Assembly (NCBI GenBank): GCA_036388675.1
Contig: DASVRI010000028.1
Coordinates: 15,944-79,943, forward strand
Direction of reading: 5' to 3'
DNA from: Abditibacteriaceae bacterium
Lineage (GTDB): Bacteria > Armatimonadota > Abditibacteriia > Abditibacteriales > Abditibacteriaceae
Length of the DNA: 64,000 nucleotides
Both the position numbers and the translations under genes were made by a program. The notes under the pieces are model-generated. The model did no database searches. It was not told the origin of the DNA and saw nothing but the letters and a program-made list of their open reading frames with translations. Shown here in pieces: positions 35,543-46,176 of the stretch. Numbering within the stretch: position 1 is the first letter of the stretch; the number at the start of each line of letters is the position of its first letter.

Positions 35543-38032
35543 TTATTCGGGCTGCGCAACAATTCGCACCGGCCCCAGTAAACCGGAAGAAACCAGAGGC
35601 GAATCCTTGGTGAAGTAATTCCAGGTTGTAAAGGTGTAACGGCCTTTTGAGGGGCGCGGCTGGTTCTTCAAAAACCAATCAGGAAATTCTTTTAGATACC
35701 ACCCGCTTCCAATGTGGCCGGGGAGCCATTCCATGTCGGCGGGCTGCTGCTCATCACCAATTAAGCGATTGGCCCATACATTGGTCACGGCAATTTCCAG
35801 CCTGTTGCTTCTTGCTTTCAGCAGGCCCGCCGGGATTCTAATTCTCCACGGCGCTGTCCAAACCACACCCAAATCGCGGTTGTTGAGCTTCACGGTAGCG
35901 ATATGATTCACGACGCCCAGGTCAAGGTAAAGCGGGGCTTTATTGCCTTGCAAAGTGGGACCGGGGAGATCAAACGACTTGGTGTAAACAGCCGTGCCGC
36001 TATAGTATTTGATTCCAGCGTTGATGTGCTGCGTCCAGTCCTGAAGCGCAGGAAACGTTATCGCCTGTGTCGGGCCGCCCCAGGTAGAATCAAACTTCAC
36101 CCGCCAGGAACCAGTAATTTCTTCGAGCGAGGTTGCATCGGCAAAGTTGGCGACACTGGAAGTTCTCTGCGGCTTGTTTCTAAAGACAATGAAGAAACTC
36201 TGGGAATTTTCAAAGCGAAGCGGTATGTGGGTATATCCATCCGACTCGCTGAACTGCGGCAGGTTACGTATGGAGCCTGTAACCGGATCCCAAAGCTCGG
36301 GCTGTTTGCCCGTAACTTTGAAACGACAGTTCGCAGCACCTGCTGAACGGTTGACATTCGCAACAAAGTAGATGTCGATGCCATTGGCGCTGAGGTGGAT
36401 ATGTTTTATTTCCGGGGCGTCCTGCGTCACGGTGGCCTGGAAGTCATCTGTCGGGGCGACGAAACTGCCCCATTGCAGCAATGCCTGGCAGCGCTGCCAG
36501 TACTCGACAAAGGCCTTGCCAGGCTCCCACCAGGTTTGGGTGCGATCAAAGTGAGTCCCCCACTGCCCCATCGTTGCGCCGGGTTTGTATTTGTCGTCCC
36601 ACGGCTGCTGCACGAAACGGTGCAGCACCATGCGATTGACACCGGCACAAAAAGCGGCATCGCCCATCGACTTTAGCCAGGCGGGCGTCTCGTTCCACCG
36701 GCTGTCCGATGGGTCGCCGGTAAAGGCTTCGGCCTCGATGATGTTTTGCCCGGACTTTCTTAAAGCCGCCACGGTGGGGTCTAATTCGTAGGGTGCATAC
36801 TTGCCTTGATGCGTCCAGAATTCCGTCATGACTTTGTGCACTAAGGGCATGATTTCATCCTGGCGCCACGGGCCTCCGTAAGGTTCGGCCAGAAAAGTAA
36901 GGTTGGCGCCTTTTAGTTTTTTCGAAATGGTGGCGAAGTACACATCGCGGTACAGGTCTTTGATGGTCGCATCAAAATCCTCGCGGAATTTCGCCGACTC
37001 CTGCTCGCTGTCGATGGTGCGTTTGGTGAAGGTGGCCAGGTATGGCAGAAGGTCATATCCCCGGCGCGCTAAGAACTCCTGTCGCATTCTTGGTGTCCAG
37101 GTCGGTACACCCGCTTCGTAACTATCAAAATGCACGTGTGTAAAACCGGTGCCGATTAAATCTCCCAGATGTTTTTGGATTTCACCAATCACATGATCCA
37201 TGTGGAAGTCAACTGCTTGCTGGTTCATCTTGTCGCATTCCAGCCCGGTGGCTTCCCATTGAGCCGGCTGCATCAGCGTTCCCGATGTGGTGTGCCCAAA
37301 CCGATAAATAATCCAATCACCTGCCGGCGCATCCCATTGCAATGCTCCGCTTGCCTGCATTTTGCCGGTTAAATCAATCACACTCTCTTTGGCCACGACA
37401 CCAGTACTCGGAAGAGCGATTACGGCAACATCGCGGTAGTAAGTTCTCCTGGCCGCAATCTCCGGTTTCTCGACGACACCGGTTGTGGGGTTGTAAATTG
37501 GCCACGGCGTATGGCCACGCAAATCGACTTGAGGCCGCGTTAATACAACATTTATGTGCTGGTTGCCGGAAACCTTTGTTTCGGCCCAGCAGATTTCCTG
37601 CATCGAAAGTTCAGGCGTAATCCACGGCCCGCCGCTCGATTCATAGGCCGGCCCGTTGAACATGCCGAAGTCCATTCCCAGACGCTTTGATTCCTGTGCA
37701 GCATGGCGCACCAGTTTCCACCACGGCTCGGTCCACGAAATAAGCTCAGGCGTCGGGCTTTTCTTTATTTCCATTGCCCACGGCGTTGTTATATCCGCAA
37801 GACTGAACATCGTGGTGCGGTTGAAGCCTTCTTTTTTCAAGGCCTCCAGGTCGCGGGTGATGCCTTTTTTACTCAGATTAGAACCCATCCACATCCACAA
37901 TACGCCGGGCTTAGCGCTCGCCGGAGGATTGCGAAAAACCTTGGCCGGGTCGTTCTCGATGCGACTTTGCGACACTCCCGGCCTGGTGCAGACGAACAGC
38001 ACCAGGCATAAAATCAGTAAGATTTTCATCAT
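35543..38032 (-). CDS. Secreted glycoside hydrolase, GH106-like (putative alpha-L-rhamnosidase)
   Basis: Signal peptide present. FRNPPASAKPGVLWMWMGSNLSKKGITRDLEALKKEGF is an N-terminal signature. The C-terminus has a jelly-roll domain (YSGTAVYTKSFDLP...VKLNNRDLGVVW...NRLIGD). Family assignment is from memory. Confidence 0.6.
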   Translation of the reverse strand: MMKILLILCLVLFVCTRPGVSQSRIENDPAKVFRNPPASAKPGVLWMWMGSNLSKKGITRDLEALKKEGFNRTTMFSLADITTPWAMEIKKSPTPELISWTEPWWKLVRHAAQESKRLGMDFGMFNGPAYESSGGPWITPELSMQEICWAETKVSGNQHINVVLTRPQVDLRGHTPWPIYNPTTGVVEKPEIAARRTYYRDVAVIALPSTGVVAKESVIDLTGKMQASGALQWDAPAGDWIIYRFGHTTSGTLMQPAQWEATGLECDKMNQQAVDFHMDHVIGEIQKHLGDLIGTGFTHVHFDSYEAGVPTWTPRMRQEFLARRGYDLLPYLATFTKRTIDSEQESAKFREDFDATIKDLYRDVYFATISKKLKGANLTFLAEPYGGPWRQDEIMPLVHKVMTEFWTHQGKYAPYELDPTVAALRKSGQNIIEAEAFTGDPSDSRWNETPAWLKSMGDAAFCAGVNRMVLHRFVQQPWDDKYKPGATMGQWGTHFDRTQTWWEPGKAFVEYWQRCQALLQWGSFVAPTDDFQATVTQDAPEIKHIHLSANGIDIYFVANVNRSAGAANCRFKVTGKQPELWDPVTGSIRNLPQFSESDGYTHIPLRFENSQSFFIVFRNKPQRTSSVANFADATSLEEITGSWRVKFDSTWGGPTQAITFPALQDWTQHINAGIKYYSGTAVYTKSFDLPGPTLQGNKAPLYLDLGVVNHIATVKLNNRDLGVVWTAPWRIRIPAGLLKARSNRLEIAVTNVWANRLIGDEQQPADMEWLPGHIGSGWYLKEFPDWFLKNQPRPSKGRYTFTTWNYFTKDSPLVSSGLLGPVRIVAQPE

Positions 38033-38154
38033 AGCCATCTCTCCTTTTCCTACACGAACGTTTTCATGGCGGAGTTCTCCAACGGTCACAATTCATTTGC
38101 CGGGAGCAATCGCAGACGCTCCGATCGCAGTAGTCCGTAGAGAAAAGTAGAGGC

Positions 38155-40182
38155 TTAAAAGGTCTTCACTGTTTCTCGGGAAGCCGCTGCGCCGCTCACG
38201 TTAATCGCCGCGACGGCTAAAGCGGACATCCGAGTACTCGCATTGCTTCTCGCGGCACCGTTTTTCGCTCGCACCGTTACAATAGCCGGGCGTGGCGGCT
38301 GCTTCATGCCCGGCCCGACGTAAAACCCTGTGTGCGGCGGCTGGTTGTAGGCGACATTTTGCCACGCGATGCCCATACGGTATGCCGGGTCGTGCATGAA
38401 AGTGTAGAAGCGATGCGTTGTGGGAATGGTTGTGGTGAAGATGCGCAGTTCCTGGTTGTCATTGGTGCGATAGATGACTTCCTCGCGCCAGTCGCCCAGA
38501 ATGTCGGCGGAAAGGCACGGGTTGGCCTTTGTCCCGTTGTTGGAGGCGCAGTCGAAATCCCTCGCATTCAACAACGGGTCGGATTTCGCGTTGAGATAAT
38601 CCCACTTTTCGAGTGTGGTGCCGTTGAGAACTTCACTGAGCAGGTCGCCGTCCCAGTAGATTCCCATGTTGCAGGCCGGAGTGCGATCGGCGATCTTGTT
38701 TCCCTTGACATCCCACATCTGATTGCTTAAACCCGCACCTGCGGCCCAAAACTCGAAGCCGGGATAGCGCGGGTCAACGTCCAGAGCCAGGCCGCGTCCG
38801 GGGCCTTCGCCATCAGCGCCGGCGCTGACCGATGCTTTCTTCCACAGCACTTCGCCCGTCTTGGCATCGACCATGTGAACTCCGGCATCATCGAATCGCT
38901 CCTGGATGCGAAACACTTCGAGGCCCGGTCTGTTCGGATCGAGATCGGAAAGGTGCATGGCGTCGCCGTGTCCCAGGCCGGTTGAATAAAGTCCTGTGCC
39001 GTTATCATCAACGGCCATGCCGCCATAAACGATTTCGTCTTTGCCGTCGCCGTCCACGTCGGCCACGCTCAGGTTGTGATTGCCCTGTGCGGCGAATTTT
39101 TCGTTGCCGGGAGTGTTGCTGTCGAATGTCCAGCGATGCGTTAGTTTGCCCTCGCGCCAGTCCCAGGCCGCCAGTACGGTGCGCGTGTAGTAGCCGCGAC
39201 ACATTACGACACTGGGATGCACGCCGTCAAGATAGGCAACACAGGCCAAGAAGCGGTCAACACGATTGCCGTAACCGTCGCCCCAGACAGCCTTGAGTTC
39301 GTCGGAAGTGGGATCGGGCTTGGCCGGATGGCGCGATGGAATGTAGTTCGTTGTCGAGAGAGCCTTTCCCGTCAGGCCATCGAATACGGTTAGAAACTCC
39401 GGCCCTTTTAGAATGCGACCGGCCTCATTGACATGATTGGCAGTGGCATCACCGATGGCAGTCCCACTGCTATCAATTGTGCCATCCGCCGTTTTACAGA
39501 CCATCTCGGCTTTGCCGTCGCCATCGAGGTCGTACACCATGAACTGCGTATAGTGCGCGCCTTCGCGGATGTTCTTCCCTAGATTAATCGTCCACAGCAG
39601 AGTGCCGTCGAGCTTGTAGGCTTGCAGAATCGGCGGATCGGTTTCGCCATTTTGCGAGTTGTCACGGCCTCGTCCCGCCTGATGCAAAACGATTTCATAC
39701 TCGCCATCGCCGTCCAAATCTGCGACGGAAGCATCATTAGGCGTGTAACCCGGCGGCGTCTGCAAGCGAAGCGAAAGATAAGGCCGCGCCGCCGCATTGG
39801 CAGGGATCGTAAAACGAGTACTCGCCGCTTGCTCCTGGCCGCTCTTTACAGGTCGCACAAAATACGAGTTGGCCTGTGCCGGGTTTGCTGTTGCATCCAC
39901 AAAGTCCGTAGATTGTGTAAGAGTCTTGTTATTCAGCCTGATCGGTTTAGCAGCACCGGCGGCGCGATACAGATTGAAAGAGATGTTCTGCGGGTCGGTG
40001 CCCAACATGCGCCAGCCGACGTACACTTTGCCGTCGCTCTGCCGGATCGCCACCACGCCGCGCCCTAAATCCTCCATCTGCCGTTGCGCTGTGGCGCGGC
40101 GTGGCGGTGAGAGAAACATTGCCCCCATCAGAAGCATTCCCACGCTGACGGCTCTATGACGGTTGATCCATTGTTTCATCAT
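38155..40182 (-). CDS. Rhamnogalacturonan lyase, polysaccharide lyase family 11 (YesW/YesX-like)
   Basis: Signal peptide present. Contains RQMEDLGRGVVAIRQSDGKVYVGWRMLGTD, VADLDGDGEYEIVLHQ, VYDLDGDGKAEMVCKTADGT and VADVDGDGKDEIVYG. Confidence 0.85.
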   Translation of the reverse strand: MMKQWINRHRAVSVGMLLMGAMFLSPPRRATAQRQMEDLGRGVVAIRQSDGKVYVGWRMLGTDPQNISFNLYRAAGAAKPIRLNNKTLTQSTDFVDATANPAQANSYFVRPVKSGQEQAASTRFTIPANAAARPYLSLRLQTPPGYTPNDASVADLDGDGEYEIVLHQAGRGRDNSQNGETDPPILQAYKLDGTLLWTINLGKNIREGAHYTQFMVYDLDGDGKAEMVCKTADGTIDSSGTAIGDATANHVNEAGRILKGPEFLTVFDGLTGKALSTTNYIPSRHPAKPDPTSDELKAVWGDGYGNRVDRFLACVAYLDGVHPSVVMCRGYYTRTVLAAWDWREGKLTHRWTFDSNTPGNEKFAAQGNHNLSVADVDGDGKDEIVYGGMAVDDNGTGLYSTGLGHGDAMHLSDLDPNRPGLEVFRIQERFDDAGVHMVDAKTGEVLWKKASVSAGADGEGPGRGLALDVDPRYPGFEFWAAGAGLSNQMWDVKGNKIADRTPACNMGIYWDGDLLSEVLNGTTLEKWDYLNAKSDPLLNARDFDCASNNGTKANPCLSADILGDWREEVIYRTNDNQELRIFTTTIPTTHRFYTFMHDPAYRMGIAWQNVAYNQPPHTGFYVGPGMKQPPRPAIVTVRAKNGAARSNASTRMSALAVAAINVSGAAASRETVKTF

Positions 40183-40254
40183 CTTGCCTTTTGATCGCCT
40201 TCAACTGACACTCCTCATCTTCGGTGGAGCTAAGCCCTGGACCGATTACAAGCT

Positions 40255-42744
40255 TTATGCATCGCCCTTCTGCGGAGCACTCTGCTGCGGAGCATTCTGT
40301 GCAAGTGCGACAATCTCTTCTGCTGTGAGGGCGGATTCGTAAACCCGCAGTTCGTCCATGAGACCTTTGAACGGAACATCCTGCCAGTTGACACCCAGCG
40401 CGAAGGTGCCGGTCGTTGTCGTGAATACGTTTGGAAAATTTGTTCCGCTAAATTGCGGGGCGCCATTCACATAAACGGTTATGGCTCCGTCCCGCACGGC
40501 AAAGGAGAGGTGCGTCCATACGTTTACCGGGATCTTCATTTTGGTCAAGGCATCATACCAGGATGCACTGCCCGCCCAAACCATCGTTTCGTTGTTCAAA
40601 AAGCCAAGCCCCATCGGCACGACGCTGACCCAGTTATCCCGGTCTCTGGCCCCAAAGAAGGTGGTCGTAATTTCTGTAAGCTGCGCGGGCTTTACCCATA
40701 GCGCAACCGAGTACTCGTTGCCGGAAAGCATGCCCCTGGGCAGGAGGATGCCGGAAGCGCCGTCGAACACCGCCGCATTGCCGCGAACGCCGGTTGCGAA
40801 CGTGATCTTGCCGCCCGTGTTGTTGATGCGATTTCCAACAATGGAACCGTTAGCGGCGCGGCCTGTGCTGTCTTTGAGATTGCCATCGAATGCGTAATGC
40901 GCGACCAGGCCGCCTGCGGATTTCTCTTTTACCGTTATGCTAAAGGCCTTCGTCGCGGTTGCTGCGCCCAGCGTGATGGTGGCCGTGAGGATGGCCCTCG
41001 CATTACCCGCACCCACTTCGGGCCGGGTCACGGCACCCTCGTTGGAGACGACCTTTTGATTTGAAGAAACCCAGGTGATGCGGCTCTGCCGGGTGCCTTC
41101 GGTGGGCAGGGACAAGTTCGTGATGACGCTGCTCCTGGTATCGCCCAGAGTGAGCGCGCGCTGCACATCCGCAACAATTTGCGCGGGTGTTTTATCCGGT
41201 ATCTTGCTGCCCCAGATGGCGACGCCCTGCTTCGATAGCGCGCTGAACGTGAGAACATAGCTTTGCGAATCCGGCTCCCACTGGCGCACTGCAACGCCAT
41301 CAAATAGTTGGTCTCCAACGGTAATTGCGATGCTGTTATCGCCGGCTGTCTTCCATGTGCCGTTGACTGCGCCGGTGATTCTGCCGTCTTGCTCCAGGCG
41401 AATGTACTGCGACTTGTGAATCTCTTTGGAAATGGCTTTGCCGTGGTTCACATACTTGTATTCGCCCGCCACGTCTTGCCGCCTGATGGTGCCGGCTGTT
41501 TCACCAGCATAGCGATAGGGCGCGACCACCGGCCAGTCGTTCTGGTTCATGAACATCTGGTGAACGCGGAGTTGATGCGCTTCGCCGCGCTGTGGGAATC
41601 GCGCATGAAAGATGAGGAACATCTTGCCCGTAGCCGGATCGTAATAGGCCGAGTTGTGGCCTGGAGACACATACCCGATGCCCAGCCCGCTGCCCGGATC
41701 GCCGACTTTGCGCTCGAAGAGGAAGTTGCCCATCAACTTAACGCCGTAAGGCTCGATGGAGAGATTATCGAACAGCGGTTTTCTAGGATCGGATTGAACG
41801 TCAGCCATATCGTTACCTTCGGCATCGAAATAAGGGCCGTCAGGACCAGTGGAGCGCGCTACGCGGATGTTATAGCCGCTGGCTGCATCCAGGCCGCCGA
41901 AGGAAGCGAACATATAGTAGAACCTGGTCTGCGGGTGATATAGAATGTAGCCACCTTCAATGGGGCTGTGATTCCCGCCGATCAGCCTCTTGCCATAGCC
42001 TTGTCCGGGCAATTGCTTCCCGGTCGTCTCATCCATCTTCAGGATAAAGAGACCACCGGAAAACGAGCCGTAGATCATCCACAACTGGCCATCGTTGTCG
42101 TAGAAAGTGTCCGGATCGACAGCGTTGGGGTGACGGCGCGCATTGTAGCCGGTACCATCCTCACCTAGCTCCTGCCACATGCCCGACTTGAGCAGAATGC
42201 CCAGGTTCTTATAGGGGCCTTCCACCTTGTCGGCCACCGCAACGCCCAGTGCAGAGCGCGGAGCATTGCCTTTGGTGACGTTGTAATACATGTAGAAGCG
42301 TCCGTCTTTCAGTTGAATGACATCCGTAGCCCACAGCGCACGCGACTGCGTCCAGGCGAAAGCCTCCTTCAACTCTTCCAGAATATTGTCGAACAGACGG
42401 TTCGGGTTCGGTTGGGCCGGATCACCGATTCGCGCATAGTTGATGTCGGACGCGACCATGTCCCACTGCATGAAATCCCTGGTCTTGGCCGCCGCCAGGT
42501 GAGAGCCGAAGACGTAGAAGGTGTCGCCCACTTTGATAACCGATGGGTCATGCACGGCGGCATCTCGAAACACCGGCGCGCGCGGCTCCTGACTAACGGC
42601 GCGGGATCTCTGCCGGCTTGGTACGGTTTGCACGGCAGCCATATCCTTCGCAGGCGTCGATGTGGCGCACGCCAGCCCGCACGAGATCATCAGCGAGATC
42701 GCCACCGAAGTCGTCAGAATGTTTCGCCGTCGGCATTTGCTCAT
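40255..42744 (-). CDS. GH43 arabinanase/arabinofuranosidase-like enzyme with Ig-like and LamG (concanavalin-like) C-terminal domains
   Basis: Signal or lipoprotein N-terminus. Contains VHDPSVIKVGDTFYVFGSH, AVDPDTFYDNDGQLWMIYGSF and IEGGYILYH. LamG region reads LVAHYAFDGNLKDSTG...LMDELRVYESALTAEEI. Confidence 0.85.
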   Translation of the reverse strand: MSKCRRRNILTTSVAISLMISCGLACATSTPAKDMAAVQTVPSRQRSRAVSQEPRAPVFRDAAVHDPSVIKVGDTFYVFGSHLAAAKTRDFMQWDMVASDINYARIGDPAQPNPNRLFDNILEELKEAFAWTQSRALWATDVIQLKDGRFYMYYNVTKGNAPRSALGVAVADKVEGPYKNLGILLKSGMWQELGEDGTGYNARRHPNAVDPDTFYDNDGQLWMIYGSFSGGLFILKMDETTGKQLPGQGYGKRLIGGNHSPIEGGYILYHPQTRFYYMFASFGGLDAASGYNIRVARSTGPDGPYFDAEGNDMADVQSDPRKPLFDNLSIEPYGVKLMGNFLFERKVGDPGSGLGIGYVSPGHNSAYYDPATGKMFLIFHARFPQRGEAHQLRVHQMFMNQNDWPVVAPYRYAGETAGTIRRQDVAGEYKYVNHGKAISKEIHKSQYIRLEQDGRITGAVNGTWKTAGDNSIAITVGDQLFDGVAVRQWEPDSQSYVLTFSALSKQGVAIWGSKIPDKTPAQIVADVQRALTLGDTRSSVITNLSLPTEGTRQSRITWVSSNQKVVSNEGAVTRPEVGAGNARAILTATITLGAATATKAFSITVKEKSAGGLVAHYAFDGNLKDSTGRAANGSIVGNRINNTGGKITFATGVRGNAAVFDGASGILLPRGMLSGNEYSVALWVKPAQLTEITTTFFGARDRDNWVSVVPMGLGFLNNETMVWAGSASWYDALTKMKIPVNVWTHLSFAVRDGAITVYVNGAPQFSGTNFPNVFTTTTGTFALGVNWQDVPFKGLMDELRVYESALTAEEIVALAQNAPQQSAPQKGDA

Positions 42745-42947
42745 TGGTTTCGCCTCAGCCGGTTGCGAGCCGCCGTGTCGGACGGGTTTCTCAAGGACAT
42801 CACTTCACTGCCTGCACAATTACGTTTCTCACCTTGTATCTTGCGCCCCTACATAGGGTTTTAAATCACTTGTAGGCATGGGGCCACAACTGCCTGGAAA
42901 GAGAATCCAAGGGGATGCCCTCGGTGAAACGCGGACACCAGCCAGTT

Positions 42948-44873
42948 CTACTGCGGCACTTTGACGAGGCGCACGGAGCGCAGGTTGAACGGGCGCCATG
43001 TGGCGGCGCTTGCCGGGCGAACTTTTACGGTCAGAGTACTCGTCTGCTCAATCTCGACATCGCCCACCTCAATGTTTCTGTATTCGGTCCAGAAGTCGGT
43101 CAGCTCGGATTTGCCCATCAGCTTGTGGTCGCCGATCTCCAGCACGAAGTCGGTGGTTTGGTTAGCTGCGGAAGCCTCCATCGAGACGTGGTAGGTGCCC
43201 GGCTCCTTCGCCTGCATCTGCCACGAAACCCAATCCTGAATATAAGTCCAGAAGCCGATATTGCGGTTATTGGCGGGGCCTTCGAGGCGCAGGTCGCCGT
43301 GCAGCAGCGCAGCACTCGCAGCGAGATGGATCGTGCCGTCCGGGCCGGGCGCCACAGTCTGGATGACCGGCTCGGCTTTAACAAGCGGCGGCATCAGCCT
43401 CGCCGTCCACGCCGCCAACACGGAAGCCTCTACATTGTCCACGGTTTGCAAGCCGCTGATCTTGAACGCGAGCGCGTGCCGCGACGGCAACTCCTGCGGT
43501 AACTGGATTACCACTCCCTCAGGGCCGCGCTTCCATTCCAGTTCCCCGTCATAACCCAGCAGCGTGACGCTCGCCGGCTCGCCGCTCACCAGTGGCGAGT
43601 CCGTCGCCAGCGCCTGAATGGTCACCGGCTCCGTTGGGATGCCGAGCGTGATGGCGTAGATGTCATCGTTTCGCGTTGTGAAGCGGATGTCGCGCGAGGT
43701 GAAGCCGAAATCCTCTTTGAAGTGCCCGGTTTCAATTTGCGTTGGGCCTTCGCCAAACATCGTCCAGGGACGTGTGCTGTAAATTGCCTCGCCGTTGACG
43801 GGCATCCACTGCGCCATATCTGCCAGGAAGCGCTGTGATTCCGGTGGCAGGCTGCCGTCGGCATACTGCACCACGTTGAGCAGCAGGCAGCCATTCTTGC
43901 TCACGACATCAGCCAGGGTGTGGATCACCTGGTCGGTTGTCTTGTAGTCGTAGCCGTCCGAGTAATACCAGTCGCCGATGGAGGTGTCGGTCTGCCAGGG
44001 CGACGGGCTGATGCCCTGCAAAGTCCCGCGCTCCACGTCCAGCACACCCACGCTCTCGATGAACTCACCACTGCCCATTTCTTTGTAGTTGTAAACCGCC
44101 TCCAGCTTTCCGCCGTGGCGCTGCATACTCGAATTGTATAAGTGCGCGATCATGCTGCGCCCGGTGTCGCCAAACGGAATGCCGCCGTCGCTGTACAGCA
44201 AATCCGGCTGGTAGGTATCCACTAAGTCCTGAATGCGCTGTGCCCACTCGCGATGCCACTCGGGATTGTTGGAATACCACTCCTTATCATCGGGAGATGC
44301 TGGAGAATGATACAAGTCCTGATACTGCGGGTTGGCCCCATCGTAGGAGACACCCGCGAGCGGCCCTTCCTTGTCCGCGCCGTGGCTGGTTTGAAACCAG
44401 GTATAGCTGGCGCCCAGGTGCTCCGATACGCCAAAGCGCAGGCCGTATTTGAGCGCCGCCTGCTTCCACTCGCCCACCACGTCGCGCTGCGGCCCCACCT
44501 GAACCGCGTTCCACTTGTGGAACTTGGAATTCCACAGGTCGAAGTTGTCGTGATGCACGCCCATGCTCACAAAATACCGGGCACCGGCTCTTGCATACAG
44601 AGCCATCAACTCTTCGGGCTGCCATTTCTCGGCCTTCCACAGCGGGATGATGTCCTTGTAGCCGTGTTCAGACGGGTGCCCGTAGGTGGCAAGATGATGC
44701 CTGTATTGCCGATCTCCCTCGCGATACATGTTGCGGGCATACCAGTCGCCCTGACGCGGCACCGCCTGCGGGCCCCAGTGCGACCAGATGCCGAACTTGG
44801 CGTCCCGAAACCAGTCGGGTGCTCCATACTGCTTGAGTGATTCCGCTGTTGCGGTGAATGGGCCCTCAGTCAT
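42948..44873 (-). CDS. GH29 alpha-L-fucosidase with a C-terminal beta-sandwich domain
   Basis: Contains FRDAKFGIWSHWGPQAVP, ARYFVSMGVHHDNFDLWNSK and VGPQRDVVGEW. AAGGA RBS before the ATG at 44873. No signal peptide. The track ORF extends spuriously to 45062. Confidence 0.85.
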   Translation of the reverse strand: MTEGPFTATAESLKQYGAPDWFRDAKFGIWSHWGPQAVPRQGDWYARNMYREGDRQYRHHLATYGHPSEHGYKDIIPLWKAEKWQPEELMALYARAGARYFVSMGVHHDNFDLWNSKFHKWNAVQVGPQRDVVGEWKQAALKYGLRFGVSEHLGASYTWFQTSHGADKEGPLAGVSYDGANPQYQDLYHSPASPDDKEWYSNNPEWHREWAQRIQDLVDTYQPDLLYSDGGIPFGDTGRSMIAHLYNSSMQRHGGKLEAVYNYKEMGSGEFIESVGVLDVERGTLQGISPSPWQTDTSIGDWYYSDGYDYKTTDQVIHTLADVVSKNGCLLLNVVQYADGSLPPESQRFLADMAQWMPVNGEAIYSTRPWTMFGEGPTQIETGHFKEDFGFTSRDIRFTTRNDDIYAITLGIPTEPVTIQALATDSPLVSGEPASVTLLGYDGELEWKRGPEGVVIQLPQELPSRHALAFKISGLQTVDNVEASVLAAWTARLMPPLVKAEPVIQTVAPGPDGTIHLAASAALLHGDLRLEGPANNRNIGFWTYIQDWVSWQMQAKEPGTYHVSMEASAANQTTDFVLEIGDHKLMGKSELTDFWTEYRNIEVGDVEIEQTSTLTVKVRPASAATWRPFNLRSVRLVKVPQ

Positions 44874-44916
44874 GAGAAAATCCTTAAAAATGGTGCCAGC
44901 CCGGTGGCGCTGCGAC

Positions 44917-46176
44917 TTACCGGATGAGCGGCCAGGGTGCTGTGGAAGTTCCACATATCCTGGTCGCCAGAGATTGCAACTGCGGTAAAGACGATTGCTT
45001 GAGCAAAACGACCACGGTGCCGCCACTGCCGCCGCCGCTGACGCGTGCTCCGTAGAAGCCATGTGATGGCCCTAATTCCTGCACGGCCTCAACCATGACA
45101 TCGGTTTGGTCACAGCCAAGACCAATCGAACTGTAGCCACGATGCGACTGGACCATCAACTCCCCAACGCTGCGTAACGCCTCTTCCTGGTGTGCATTGG
45201 CGCGGTTTGCATCTGCACACGACTGAAGCAACTGCGCAGCAAGTTGGCAGCGAAAATTCTCATTTACCGGAAAAGAAGCTCCGGCGCGCAACGGATAGGT
45301 GCGCGGAGGATGCACAACCGAAAGCGGGTCATCTACTGCGGTATAACGCGTCAAGAACTCTTCGCCCGTCAAGCTCGGCGGGAGAACGTCGTCGCTGAAT
45401 TTACCTAGTTGCGATGGTGATAATTCAGTAAGAAAGGACAGCGGCGTGGAAAGCGCACCTTCGAGAATTTTCTTGCCCATGAAGGCCGCAGTGCGCGCTG
45501 TTGCATAGGGCGAGTCGGCCACATCATGCTTGACACCGCTGGGCCAGCCCACTACGAGTACTCCATCCGGTAACGGAATCGGAGCACCGAGAATATCGGG
45601 ACGGCATAAAATCGGGAGCAACGTCCCGGCAACGCCATGCGATGAAGCAAGCTGATCCATTAATCCGCAGGGCGCTCCAACAATCTCATTCTCGGCGCGT
45701 TGAGCCAATTTCGCCCGCTCCGTTCCTGCGAAACTCAGGCCCGACAGTTGTTCGAGCGCGCGCAGAGTCGCTACTTCCAGCGCGGCGCTACTGCTGACTC
45801 CCATTGATGTCGGAACATCAGATTCGACCTCGATATTCAAGCCGTGAGTTGGCCACCAGTCATGCGCCTGGCTAAACAGCAGAAGGCATCCCAACGGATA
45901 GCGCGCCCAACGTGGAATTCGTTTTTCATCCAGTTGTTCTCGCCAAGCTGAGTTGGGCTGAGTACTCAGATCACGCAACCAGCCAAGTGGCAGCGGATTC
46001 AGAGGACTTTCCTGTTTGCTCGTAAGCTGAAGTTCCGCTTCGGCGCGCTCTGTGATGGCCACGCGTGTCGCCGCAGAGATTGGCGTCTGCAGCACGAGTG
46101 AGCCGCTGTAATCGGCCACACCGCCCATGAAGTCCAGCCGTCCCGGCGCCTGGCCTTGCCAGACCTGCTCGGCCAT
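44917..46176 (-). CDS. GHMP-family sugar kinase (galactokinase/arabinokinase-like)
   Basis: Contains [14 protein letters not shown] and the GHMP motif [17 protein letters not shown]. Confidence 0.8.
   Translation of the reverse strand: MAEQVWQGQAPGRLDFMGGVADYSGSLVLQTPISAATRVAITERAEAELQLTSKQESPLNPLPLGWLRDLSTQPNSAWREQLDEKRIPRWARYPLGCLLLFSQAHDWWPTHGLNIEVESDVPTSMGVSSSAALEVATLRALEQLSGLSFAGTERAKLAQRAENEIVGAPCGLMDQLASSHGVAGTLLPILCRPDILGAPIPLPDGVLVVGWPSGVKHDVADSPYATARTAAFMGKKILEGALSTPLSFLTELSPSQLGKFSDDVLPPSLTGEEFLTRYTAVDDPLSVVHPPRTYPLRAGASFPVNENFRCQLAAQLLQSCADANRANAHQEEALRSVGELMVQSHRGYSSIGLGCDQTDVMVEAVQELGPSHGFYGARVSGGGSGGTVVVLLKQSSLPQLQSLATRICGTSTAPWPLIR

Noticed and set aside
42915-44840. Plus-strand ORFs 42915-43502 and 44253-44840 (195 aa each)
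   Set aside because: They are antisense to the GH29 fucosidase and show no domain signal.
44874-45062. N-terminal extension of the GH29 ORF overlapping the GHMP-kinase 3' end
   Set aside because: The extension would overlap the kinase by 146 nt. The ATG at 44873 has an AAGGA RBS and gives the canonical fucosidase N-terminus.
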